64,000 nucleotides of DNA. Source: a bacterium (lineage in GTDB: Archaea; Thermoplasmatota; E2; JACPAO01; JAHFTW01). Location of the stretch: NCBI GenBank assembly GCA_040390065.1, contig JAZJZE010000006.1:12551-76550 (forward strand). Direction: 5' to 3'. The position numbers were made by a program, and so were the translations under genes. Under the pieces are notes generated by a model. The model made no database searches. It worked only from the letters and a program-made list of their open reading frames with translations, and was not told where the DNA came from. The number at the start of each line of letters is the position of its first letter. The stretch's first letter is position 1. Positions 35,101-42,371 of this stretch are shown here, in pieces.

Positions 35101-36511
35101 GCCGTTCGAGGACTGCGCCGCCCACGCGGGCAAGGTCAAGAGCTACAAGGTTGCCGTCTCGACGGGCACCGCGATCGGTTCGCAGGCGCAGTTCGATGCA
35201 GCCGTCGCGACGACGGGCCTGTCGTTCAGCCCCGCCACGCCGCAAGCGAACCCGACGCTTCAGGGGCTGACGGTCAGCAACCTCCAGCCCGGCCAGCAGT
35301 ACCTCATCAGCGTCGAGGCCGTCGACGACGCCACCCCGACGGCCAACGTCGGTCCCCTCGGCGCCGCCGTCCCCGCAACGCCGTCGGCTCCTGGTGGGAC
35401 GCCCGCCAAGATCGTCGACCTCGCCGTCACGGCCGGGTCGGCCTTCGGCAGCGTCGACCTTTCATGGTCAGCGCCGCCCAAGGACAGCCTCCTCGGAACG
35501 GGCACCGTGACGGGCTACGATGTCCGCATCACGACCTCGCCCGGTGGCCTCGGTGTCCCGGTGAGCAGCAGCGACCTGAGCTTCGGCTTCGGAACGCCGG
35601 GAGCACCGGGCCAACCGCAGAGCGCCACCATCTCGGGTCTGTCCGCCGACACGACGTACTACATCACCGTCGCCGGCAAGAACCTCGGCACGACCGGAAC
35701 GCCGTCGACCCCCGCGTCGATCACGATCGGTTCCGACCCCAACGCGCTCACCGTCGCGGCACTGACCGCGTTCGAGACCAGCTTCGCGAACACCCTCAAG
35801 GTCACGAACTCGGGCGGCACGAACACGCTGACCTGGGACACGCCGCCGGGCGACGCGACGCACGCGGCCGAGGGCATCCAGATCTGGAAGTCCACGAACG
35901 GCGGCCCGTACACGCTGGTCAAGACCATCTCGTCGCTCAGCCCCGAGTACGGCCTGAAGTCGATGACGGACCCCGGCTCGTCCTCGGACAAGTACCGCGG
36001 GACGGTCTACTACGGCAACACGGCGGCCAGCGGGTTTGCCGCCAACGGCGACCCCAACAGCATCCCGGGTTTCTCGAGCCTCCACGAGGCCAGCGCATCG
36101 TCCAACTTCCTGGGTCTCGACCCCATGATCTGGTGGATCATCATCGCGGCCGTCGGCCTGCTGTTGCTGCTGCTCATCATCCTCCTCATCGTCCGCAGCC
36201 GCCGCAACAAGGGCGGCGACTTCGCCGAGGAAGACGACGACGGAGGCTTTGCCGCGGTCGACGAGGGTGCCGAGGCGGCGCCTGCCATGGAAGCGCCCGA
36301 TGCCCCGCCGGCGGATGCAGCCGCGGATGCGGCCGCAGCTTCGGCCGCCGTAGCCGCCGCCGCAGAGACGCCGCCGCCCGCGCAACCACAGGCCTCGGCC
36401 GAAAAGCACTACCTCACGTGCCCCAAGTGCACGACCGAGTTCACGGCCATGGGTGTCAAGCCGCTTGCCATCCAATGCCCGAACTGCGGTGTCCGCGGCA
36501 CGCTCCGTTAG
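29147..36511 (+). CDS. Giant cell-surface protein 1 (about 2454 aa): Ig-like/FN3 modules, TM anchor, cytoplasmic zinc ribbon
   Basis: GAGGT lies 6 nt upstream of the ATG. Signal peptide MQRTQPTGRLNRFSALTLTSLLVVAGLFVIPLLAPNVSA. At least six DxDxDG...FSE modules and several FN3-like domains. TM helix MIWWIIIAAVGLLLLLLIILLIV followed by RSRRNK. Acidic/Ala-rich linker. Tail CPKC-x19-CPNC. Confidence 0.9.
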   Translation: MQRTQPTGRLNRFSALTLTSLLVVAGLFVIPLLAPNVSAAPPVVAKQWYQDLDCNGHVDAVTIVFNDPLGTAVAMKDDSIRPSDFTLTYALGTGTISIPANGFMTTAPVPGSGYPAAGCVAGVTAGLPSSPGTNQPTAANGCPAGAGIDDSCFTLLFPEGLNPDGGPTNNGGTAYNPPAITYNPDAAAPAHTVAGINLASLGACASGTCRFDATAPTLRAAYAKTGDSTITVLFSENVGVGANAGTVPAATDFCVTGAAQLAGSPPVSVPSGSLPNRGFKLTLTAPIANPAAVTVGVGSGTCTSNIVDTAGNIVPGRTVTTGAPFVNRVYASAGDATLVIEFNGPVWDGTTDITQIQSTFEVITGSGSGLTGLQSTGFHTSGSDRVQVSAQGSPPNKCDITQSATDCGSANAGTRIRIAANKIFGFKATGIPEQPTGTPVGPCVFTNTAEDFCLNDPVNVPTPPAGVSGSITAPRVVQFMTEDTNQNGCLDTIKVTWNEKMDDSTIGGTGWRVFFPNEVVQTLPTMQSLEPTTGAGAANDQYTYLNFLAGETCTGSTPSPYGNTGVLPRVSFCDGIDVSRSGACLTSTKDFSGLLNTGSQMVAGNNMALKNYIYRAPTVDGAKPVIVAASTRDTAPNDGYLDAIKIQFSEGIDATTVDATQWTAVIPAWTVAARCPRAVGFTYSVTSVTTTNSNPQTQPALPTLGTLAGDVILNLAATPVTNPVGDSGCVPDVTYTGGAKFVKESSATPGGLLANNVPADTSIGVCAADGTLGGNGNTFTNNKLCENDGAPPVIIPSLTLGTVGSDTAYVTMSEPVFGSGGGAPPATCGTPAAGGTWAASQGFLRASDFDYQDNSNGGATGIAGVSSISSDCRKWQITLNVPNGGGLSSSDQLADCIQSRIPTSSAQEGIRDAVPAAPWVSPPATPTGIGNVGYPTDGATIPCVKFTTGPSPVSGAVTMDSDRDGSLDAIQVTFTSSVKDIVTNAATPAFVAAACPGDADCGAAFKAISGSLVCRVDVLPTAAGTVGPEDRFYAHVGGTCTATVADGDFRYSGMPGTAAINKKAGTPVVCVGTADADCGNTLTGVTGGTLRRVGGPGSGGAPTATDLLYNDVGGSSTTNVENGDFRLSGADSRAWSVTFPSGVAIVSGVSSGQATGPGTHSNTFGTAPTGAACHDSTILTANVANDNILYICFEELRDAAGKLIPNTGAVPTFSYMGSTLLDSTGGVIGVFNNQATVDGAQPVLVSAFVGTVATGALPILGAQPKTITATFSEPVTETGGNALLVSDFAYTNGNAGAANTNCPSGAASLASLVSGGTAPTGTLSQTHTVVLTTDGPITTFDVGPNPVTGVFLAGGGTCLTVFDSVRAISGQVVEKAAPHATVYTPASALRLTDAEAPSIASAGFIDANGDGIIDAVQVKFNEMVNDAPLTAADWSVKIGTQALTIKAVTTGQDGTETVDGPGVCQNTYSLATGTGAVKTVFALYPDEVTPATGFGKGLFDDTIFLCLNPDAATANGGTKTLGTGATGSLLYSAAAPASRITDVQMATNKLQDLAAAVTIADLARPVILNNCRVGSVQAGATCPADVSDVSVETVDLNSNGKIDALKVTFSEKVKDSTFTVGQWNLAARALTGMQSGSIVPTPAGEVDDATIYLTFAEASSLDSGTGRYGSATIPDVAYFGSGSMKDLNNNLLRGVSPGACNAPTVGCSDERDGAAPTIVSITAAPGTNLVTIQFSENVGTGATGTGAIGTADLAYVNTASGGASSINSISHAVGSSTLTLTLNANLNSADVASGGDKIVFTPGNIKEFNCGAHTPPYAYPIVGPAAPNSCYREIAITQSSVELAGVKSHAPPTAPVLTKDPTGDTATGAKFTWTVPTTSGGATLASYEFFVCQAPTLPASHAGCVAPTGGQPAASATSLTVTGLTTGSTYSFGIRAIDSDGLAGADSNGINGYVPAAPDTDPPCAITDLSVGTTTSNSVTLTFQSPFEDCAAHAGKVKSYKVAVSTGTAIGSQAQFDAAVATTGLSFSPATPQANPTLQGLTVSNLQPGQQYLISVEAVDDATPTANVGPLGAAVPATPSAPGGTPAKIVDLAVTAGSAFGSVDLSWSAPPKDSLLGTGTVTGYDVRITTSPGGLGVPVSSSDLSFGFGTPGAPGQPQSATISGLSADTTYYITVAGKNLGTTGTPSTPASITIGSDPNALTVAALTAFETSFANTLKVTNSGGTNTLTWDTPPGDATHAAEGIQIWKSTNGGPYTLVKTISSLSPEYGLKSMTDPGSSSDKYRGTVYYGNTAASGFAANGDPNSIPGFSSLHEASASSNFLGLDPMIWWIIIAAVGLLLLLLIILLIVRSRRNKGGDFAEEDDDGGFAAVDEGAEAAPAMEAPDAPPADAAADAAAASAAVAAAAETPPPAQPQASAEKHYLTCPKCTTEFTAMGVKPLAIQCPNCGVRGTLR

Positions 36512-36521
36512 GCCGGTCCAG

Positions 36522-36543
36522 CCTTTTCTCCCCTTTTCCCCCC
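36522..36543 (+). terminator. Oligo-T/pyrimidine-rich archaeal terminator candidate
   Basis: ccTTTTctccccTTTTcccccc lies 11 nt after the stop. A similar motif follows giant gene 2. Confidence 0.5.
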
Positions 36544-36672
36544 GTGCCGTCACCGCCAACCTACGGCGTCCGCGGATTTGCCTGAAATACCGTGCAGGAC
36601 CGGTTTGGCCCACGCGCATCTTGCGAGGCCGCGGACTGGGAGCACATTTTGCCGATTTTGGCGTACCGTTTT

Positions 36673-36725
36673 GGTCAATCGGCGCACTCCAGATGGATGA
36701 CGAACTGGAAGGCATCTGCGCAATG
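36673..36725 (+). promoter_or_regulatory. Conserved upstream element, copy B
   Basis: ggtcaatcggcgcactccagatggatgacgaactggaaggcatctgcgcaatg. Near-identical to the copy at 50483-50538 and clearly related to 42205-42260. Contains the dyad CAGATG-N17-CATCTG. Ends about 40 nt upstream of the TATA box. Confidence 0.6.
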
Positions 36726-36765
36726 GAGCCCGCGGTTCGGTCGGGTCCGAATCTGTTGCTTGTTG

Positions 36766-36774
36766 TTTTAAATA
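36766..36774 (+). promoter_or_regulatory. Archaeal TATA box (TTTTAAATA) of giant gene 2
   Basis: Consensus-like TATA box. ATG 36851 lies about 55 nt downstream of the inferred start and is preceded by GAGG at a 7-nt spacing. Confidence 0.6.
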
Positions 36775-36850
36775 CGTCCAGGGATGGGACGGACCAGCAA
36801 CGCTGATTGCGTGCCGCGAGGGCCGCGTCGGTGTGCCTTGAGGCAACAAC

Positions 36851-39800
36851 ATGGTGGCTGGTTCCCCGAAGCCAAAGTACCGCGCCCCGGCGCGCATCCT
36901 GATGGTCGCCGCCGTGCTGCTCCTTGGCAGCCTGATGCCCGCCATCGGCCCCGCCGCAGCGCAGTCCGGCAGCACGACGCTCATGACCGGCCCGTTCTTC
37001 GACGACGCCGGATCGCAGACGTTCCCGCACTGTCCGACGACGCCGACGAACCCCGCCCTCAAGGCGCAGAACGACGACGGCATCTGGCAGGTCCGCCAAG
37101 TCACTGTCATCTCCTCCACGGACGTCAACCAAGTCACCTTCGATTACGTCGTCGGCACCGGCACGGGTGTGGGCGCCAACCAGCGCATCGAATGGGGCAC
37201 GTCCACCGCAGGCAGCAAGGCCGCCGGCTGGCCGAGCATCTCCGTCTCCAACGGCGCAGCGTCCGGCAACCTGAACCGCCTCACGTTTTCGGGCGGCACA
37301 CTGTCGCACCTCAGCCTCGCCGGCCAAGTCTTCACGATCGCGTTCCGCGTCATCGGAAGCCCCGCGGCCGACGTCTACACGCAGCTGGGCGCCGGCAAGG
37401 TCAGCGTCACCGCAGGCAGCAAGGACGTCGTCGGCACCGGCACGGCCTTCACGCAGTTCTTCGCCGTCGGCAACACCTTCAAGGTGAGCGGCGACGCGCA
37501 CCAGTACAAGGTCGCAAGCATCCAGGACGCGACCCACCTCAAGCTCACGGACAAGCTGGTCGGCTCCTCCATCACGCCGACGACGGCGCTCAACTACACC
37601 AAGATTGACCCGGCCACGACGACCACGCCCGCGACGTTCCCCGTCAAGGTGGACAACGACGCCAGCATCTGCATCGTCATCGACATGACGCCGCCGCACG
37701 TCATCTCGGCCTACACGCGCGACACGAACTTCAACGGTCTCTTGGACGAGATGGTCCTCACCTTCGACGAGGAGATGGACCCGACGACGCTGAACCCCGC
37801 CTCGTTCGCCGTCAACGCGAGCTCCAGCGGCGAACCCATCCCCTACTCCGTGCTCCCGTCCAACGGCAAGAGCCTGGTCAAAGGACTGGGCAGCGACGAC
37901 GGCCATTTCTCCGACCCGGCATGCACCACGGCCTCACCGCCCGCCAATGCCTGCGTCAACCTCGAGAAGACCCTGAAGTTGTCGCTCGCGGAGGGTTACA
38001 AGTACGACACGGGCGTCTTGCCTGAGGTCACGTACCCGAAGGCCGGCGAGTCGGCGACGTTCTCGGACCTTGCGCACAACCCTCTCGCCAACATCACGAA
38101 CTCCGACCTCACCGAAGTCGACGGCGCCAAGCCCGTCCTGGTGAGCGTCTTCGACTTCGAGGGCGCCACCTCGATGATCGCCACGTTCAGCGAACCCGTC
38201 ACGGGCTCGGGCCCCAAGTCGGGCGCCCAGGCCGGCGACGTCGACAACTGCATCGGTGGTCTCGGCTGCGTCCGGACGACCGACTTCTTCTACTACGATC
38301 GCTGCGCCGGAAAACTCAGCAGCGACAGCCAGTGCAACCCGGCCACGGGCCTCAGCCACATGTCGGGCACGAATTGCATCACCGCGCAATCCGGTCTTTC
38401 CCCTGAGATCGGCGTCTCCATGCACACGCCTGGCCCAACGAACGGCAACACGGTGACGCTGCCCGTCATCGCTGTCGCCTCGGACCCTGGCTGCGATGTG
38501 GCCGGCAAGGGGCAAGGCGTCAAGGGCTACGTCGGCAAGGGCGACGCTCAGCAGGCGCTCGGTGATGTCATCGCGCTCAACACAATGGCCTCCGAACCCG
38601 TGAGTTCCATCACTTGCCCCGGCATCGACTTCCTGCCCTGCGGCGCCCTCGTACGCGACGCCACCGGCCTGCGCGGCGTCCCCACGGCTCCGTGCAGCAT
38701 CGCCAACGTGTGCAACGCCGGCGCCGGCCCCGGCGGCGGCGCCAACGGCATCAAGGGCGCAACCTCGTCGCTGCCCCTCGTTGTCGACGCGGTCGTCAAC
38801 ATCGACACCTTCCAAGTCACGCTCAACTTCAACGGTCCCGTGAGCGACGCCTCCGGCGACGACAAGCCCCTTACGCTGCAGGACCTCACCGTCATCTCGG
38901 CCGACGGTCCCAGCAACTCGCAGGGGCCGGGCGGCATCACGCAGATCCTGCACCGGGCCGGCGCCTCGCGCGCCATCCTGACGCTGGACAAGAAGGTCCG
39001 GCCGACGGACGTCGACGACACGCCGACCAAGATCGGCATCAAGTGCAATGCCATCAAGGGCACGCGGCAGGCGGCGTTCGTGCCGTGCGGCGATCCTGAC
39101 GGCACGGGCGGATCGGGAGTGGCCCTCATCGACAACGTTCTGCCCGCCATCCTCAAGGCCGAGACGGTCGACATGGACCGCGACGGCCAGGTGGACGGTT
39201 TGTTCCTGGAGTTCAACGAGCCGGTCGACGACACGACGTTCTGTCAGCTTGGCAACGCGCCGCCCCCGGCCGAATGCTACCCCGGTTCCGGCGGCGTCGG
39301 CCTGCAGGTGGGCAAGTACCACCACCCCGCGGACGCGACGGGTCCGGAGACGAAGTACGTCTTCGACACGGACGCCAGCCCCGGAGGCGTTGGCGCGCCC
39401 ATCAGCGTCGACCAAGGCAACGGCCAGCCCAACGACCGCTTTGGCATCATCAAGTTCGTGAACCCGTTCAAGCAGCCCATCGGCCTCGGCACTGCCGACC
39501 CGGCCGACACGGCCATCACGACGACCGCCGCAGGCCTGTTCTCCGACCTGTCCCATCCGGGGCCGCCGACGCAGCCGCCGTACGCCCAGGCCAAGCAGAT
39601 GGCACAGATCTGCCCCACCGGATGCCTCGGCTCGGTCAAGCTCCTGGACGGCGCGCCGCCGGTGCTGCTCTCGGCCTTGACGGTCGACACGCGGCTCACG
39701 GTTCCTGGAGCCCCCACGGTCAACGACCTGGAAGGGGACGGCTACCTCGACGGATACCGCATGACGTTCAGCGAACCCGTGCTCGACAAGTCGTTCTGCC

Positions 39801-42046
39801 ACAACAACCTGCAGACCGGCCCCGTCTACCTGTGCAACTCGGTGGAGTGGGCTGTCGAGGGCCACAAGGTCATCGGCATGCGCACCCGCGACCCGAACGT
39901 CGTCGACCTCACCGGCCTCACGAACGTCGACAACGAGGTCACGCTGCTCTTTGCCCCGGGCGACCACCCGGATACCGGCGAGCGGCCCAAGCTCACGTAC
40001 TTCGGCCCGTCGCAGCCCACGTACGGCTTCAAGGATCTGCAAGGCGTCCAGATGCTGCCCCTGCAGCCGATCGACGGCTTCGAGGAGGACGATGCAGCAC
40101 CGGTCATCACGTTGGTCGAGGGCTTCCTCGGCCGCAACAACGTGACCATCCGCTTCAGCGAGCCCGTCGACAACGGCCAGAAAGGCGCCCTCGGGCGCTC
40201 CAGCCTGCTGTACTTCAACATCGACCACTTGCCCGACGGCGTCTCCGGATTGTCCTCGCAGGACGCAGTCGTGCACTTCGCCGCCACGGACAACCTGATT
40301 GCGCACCTGAACTGCCCCGTCAACGCGCCCAAGACGGTGCCGGACTGCGGCAACATCGGCTTGCAGGTGCACGACATCCAGAACGACACCATCTCGGCCG
40401 AGCTGAACTCCATCTGGGAAACGTCCCCCAGCGTCCCGTCGCCGCATGTCGTTTCCAAGAAGTCCGTGTCGGTGAAGAACCACCACCTCGGCAACGCCAT
40501 CGACATCTTCCGCCCCGCCAACGTCACGCAGTTCCAGGTCGTGAAGCAGCTGACGTCCGCCAACTCGGTGACCCTGAGCTGGAAGGCGCCCGGCAACGAC
40601 GGCAACGGCTTCGGCTCGGTGCGCGGCTACCGCATCAAGGTGTCGACGCAGAAGATCGCCCCCGGCGACTTCAACGTCTCGTCGGCGCCGGGCAGCTACG
40701 GCCTTGGCGACTCGAACCCGAACGCCACCCTCAACGCCGACGGCAGCGCCAATATCGTGCGGCTGCGCGGCGACCAGGTCTACGCCATCCTCAGCCCCGA
40801 CGCGGGCGGACTGGCCGGTCCTGGCGAGTACCAGCAGGCGACCATCATCGGCCTGCAGGCCCAGACCACGTACCACTTCGCCGTCGAGGCGTTCGATGCC
40901 GCGACGCTGCCGCCGTGCTACACGACGGATGCAGGTCACACGACGTTTGCCGCCCCAGTGGCCGCTTGCCCCTCGACCAACACGAAGCGCGTCGACTTCC
41001 GCCACTTCTCCGGCATGCGACCGGATGACGTCTCGATTGCCGCGACGCAGTACGACGTCTCCACGGCGACCGGCATCGACCTGACGCCGCCGGTCCCGAC
41101 ACCGGTCATCGCAAGCACGACGCACCCGGCGAACCGCCCCGACCCGAAGATGACCGCCATCTTCAGCTGGACGAACGCGACGGACGGCGAGTCGACGGTG
41201 AACTACCACTACGCGCTCAACACGGACCCGCAGTACAAGGTCCTCGTCACGGACTTGGTCTACACGGGCGCTGCCAACCTGCCGAGCGTCTCGATCCCCA
41301 TCCCGAGCCGCGGCACGTGGTACTTCCACGTCGCGGCCTTCAGCGGCGGCGGCTCGACGGCGACGGCGCACTACACCATCATCGTGGACCGCCCGACCAT
41401 CGACCCCGCGGACATCCGCGAACGCAACGACCTCGTGCTCACGAACGCGACGCGCGACGGCGCGACCAACTCGGTGACGTGGCACCTGCCGGACCAGGCG
41501 CTCCTGCCCCCCGGCGGCCAACTCGAGGGCGTCGACATCTACGCCATCGAAGGATGCGGCTCCTCGACGGGCTGCACGGTCGTCAACGCCCACTCGATCA
41601 CCGGCACGTACGACCAACTGCAGTCGGGCACGTGGACGGACGACCGCGCGACGGCCGGAAGCGTCACGGGCTACCGCGTCGAGATGGTCTTCGCCAACGC
41701 GCAGACGCAGACGCCGACCGGCGGGAGCCACAGCGTCCAGGGTTTCGCCGCCATCCAGGAACAACCCGGCCACGACAACTCCGCGCTCTGGTGGCTCCTG
41801 GCCGCTGTCCTACTGGTTCTCGTGGCGGCCGGCATCGCCTTCCTGGTGATCCGCAGCAAGCGCGCCAACGCTGCAGCCTTCGAGGAGATCCCCTCGGAAT
41901 CGACCGCGGCGGGCATGGACCCCGTGACCGGCCTGCCGGCACATGACGTGCGCTGCCCCTCGTGCCAGACGGCGTTCCAGGCGGTCGGCAACCTGCCGCT
42001 GCAGATCACCTGCCCCAACTGCGGTGTTTCGGGCCTGCTGCAGTAG
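36851..42046 (+). CDS. Giant cell-surface protein 2 (1731 aa), paralog of proteins 1 and 3
   Basis: Signal peptide MVAGSPKPKYRAPARILMVAAVLLLGSLMPAIGPAAAQS. DxDxDG...FSE/FNE modules and FN3-like domains. A YHYALNTDP...TWYFHVAAFSGGGST module is shared with protein 3. TM helix LWWLLAAVLLVLVAAGIAFLVI. Tail CPSC-x19-CPNC. Confidence 0.9.
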   Translation: MVAGSPKPKYRAPARILMVAAVLLLGSLMPAIGPAAAQSGSTTLMTGPFFDDAGSQTFPHCPTTPTNPALKAQNDDGIWQVRQVTVISSTDVNQVTFDYVVGTGTGVGANQRIEWGTSTAGSKAAGWPSISVSNGAASGNLNRLTFSGGTLSHLSLAGQVFTIAFRVIGSPAADVYTQLGAGKVSVTAGSKDVVGTGTAFTQFFAVGNTFKVSGDAHQYKVASIQDATHLKLTDKLVGSSITPTTALNYTKIDPATTTTPATFPVKVDNDASICIVIDMTPPHVISAYTRDTNFNGLLDEMVLTFDEEMDPTTLNPASFAVNASSSGEPIPYSVLPSNGKSLVKGLGSDDGHFSDPACTTASPPANACVNLEKTLKLSLAEGYKYDTGVLPEVTYPKAGESATFSDLAHNPLANITNSDLTEVDGAKPVLVSVFDFEGATSMIATFSEPVTGSGPKSGAQAGDVDNCIGGLGCVRTTDFFYYDRCAGKLSSDSQCNPATGLSHMSGTNCITAQSGLSPEIGVSMHTPGPTNGNTVTLPVIAVASDPGCDVAGKGQGVKGYVGKGDAQQALGDVIALNTMASEPVSSITCPGIDFLPCGALVRDATGLRGVPTAPCSIANVCNAGAGPGGGANGIKGATSSLPLVVDAVVNIDTFQVTLNFNGPVSDASGDDKPLTLQDLTVISADGPSNSQGPGGITQILHRAGASRAILTLDKKVRPTDVDDTPTKIGIKCNAIKGTRQAAFVPCGDPDGTGGSGVALIDNVLPAILKAETVDMDRDGQVDGLFLEFNEPVDDTTFCQLGNAPPPAECYPGSGGVGLQVGKYHHPADATGPETKYVFDTDASPGGVGAPISVDQGNGQPNDRFGIIKFVNPFKQPIGLGTADPADTAITTTAAGLFSDLSHPGPPTQPPYAQAKQMAQICPTGCLGSVKLLDGAPPVLLSALTVDTRLTVPGAPTVNDLEGDGYLDGYRMTFSEPVLDKSFCHNNLQTGPVYLCNSVEWAVEGHKVIGMRTRDPNVVDLTGLTNVDNEVTLLFAPGDHPDTGERPKLTYFGPSQPTYGFKDLQGVQMLPLQPIDGFEEDDAAPVITLVEGFLGRNNVTIRFSEPVDNGQKGALGRSSLLYFNIDHLPDGVSGLSSQDAVVHFAATDNLIAHLNCPVNAPKTVPDCGNIGLQVHDIQNDTISAELNSIWETSPSVPSPHVVSKKSVSVKNHHLGNAIDIFRPANVTQFQVVKQLTSANSVTLSWKAPGNDGNGFGSVRGYRIKVSTQKIAPGDFNVSSAPGSYGLGDSNPNATLNADGSANIVRLRGDQVYAILSPDAGGLAGPGEYQQATIIGLQAQTTYHFAVEAFDAATLPPCYTTDAGHTTFAAPVAACPSTNTKRVDFRHFSGMRPDDVSIAATQYDVSTATGIDLTPPVPTPVIASTTHPANRPDPKMTAIFSWTNATDGESTVNYHYALNTDPQYKVLVTDLVYTGAANLPSVSIPIPSRGTWYFHVAAFSGGGSTATAHYTIIVDRPTIDPADIRERNDLVLTNATRDGATNSVTWHLPDQALLPPGGQLEGVDIYAIEGCGSSTGCTVVNAHSITGTYDQLQSGTWTDDRATAGSVTGYRVEMVFANAQTQTPTGGSHSVQGFAAIQEQPGHDNSALWWLLAAVLLVLVAAGIAFLVIRSKRANAAAFEEIPSESTAAGMDPVTGLPAHDVRCPSCQTAFQAVGNLPLQITCPNCGVSGLLQ

Positions 42047-42057
42047 GCCACAACCCC

Positions 42058-42088
42058 CATTTTCCCTCCTTTTCCCTCGTCCTTTCCT
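42058..42088 (+). terminator. Oligo-T/pyrimidine-rich archaeal terminator candidate
   Basis: caTTTTccctccTTTTccctcgtccTTTcc begins 12 nt after the stop. Resembles the motif after giant gene 1. Confidence 0.5.
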
Positions 42089-42204
42089 GTCCGTCCGGGC
42101 GCCGACGCCTTGCCCGCCATCCCTGGGAGAGTGGGTCAGCTCCGGGGGGCTATGGCGGCCGGGCCGGCGCCAGACCGGGGCCAACCAGGGGGTCGCCCAG
42201 GAGG

Positions 42205-42260
42205 GGCAATCTGCGGGGAATCCAGCTGGATTGCGAACGGGAAGGCATCTGCGAAATGCC
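42205..42260 (+). promoter_or_regulatory. Conserved upstream element, copy C (more diverged)
   Basis: ggcaatctgcggggaatccagctggattgcgaacgggaaggcatctgcgaaatgcc. Homology to copy B continues downstream (cggttcggt..ccgaatctgtt) as far as the TATA box. Confidence 0.55.
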
Positions 42261-42292
42261 CGTTCGGTTGACTCCGAATCTGTTCCTTGGCG

Positions 42293-42301
42293 TTTTTAAT
42301 A
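42293..42301 (+). promoter_or_regulatory. Archaeal TATA box (TTTTTAATA) of giant gene 3
   Basis: TATA-like box followed by the same CCCCCC run as in gene 1. The inferred start lies about 50 nt upstream of ATG 42372. Confidence 0.55.
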
Positions 42302-42371
42302 CCCCCCAGATTGGAGAACCATGGGACCGGTGCGCCTTTTGGTGACGCCGGCCTCAAGACGAGGTCAAATC

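Noticed and set aside
36692-36806. Possible small upstream ORF ([13 protein letters not shown]...) encoded by the conserved upstream element, suggested by 3-nt indels between copies B and C
   Set aside because: The ATG is CTG in copy C. Substitutions between copies are not preferentially synonymous. The frame would run through the TATA box. In copy D the frame simply continues into an overlapping spurious ORF. A cis-regulatory DNA or RNA element is more parsimonious.
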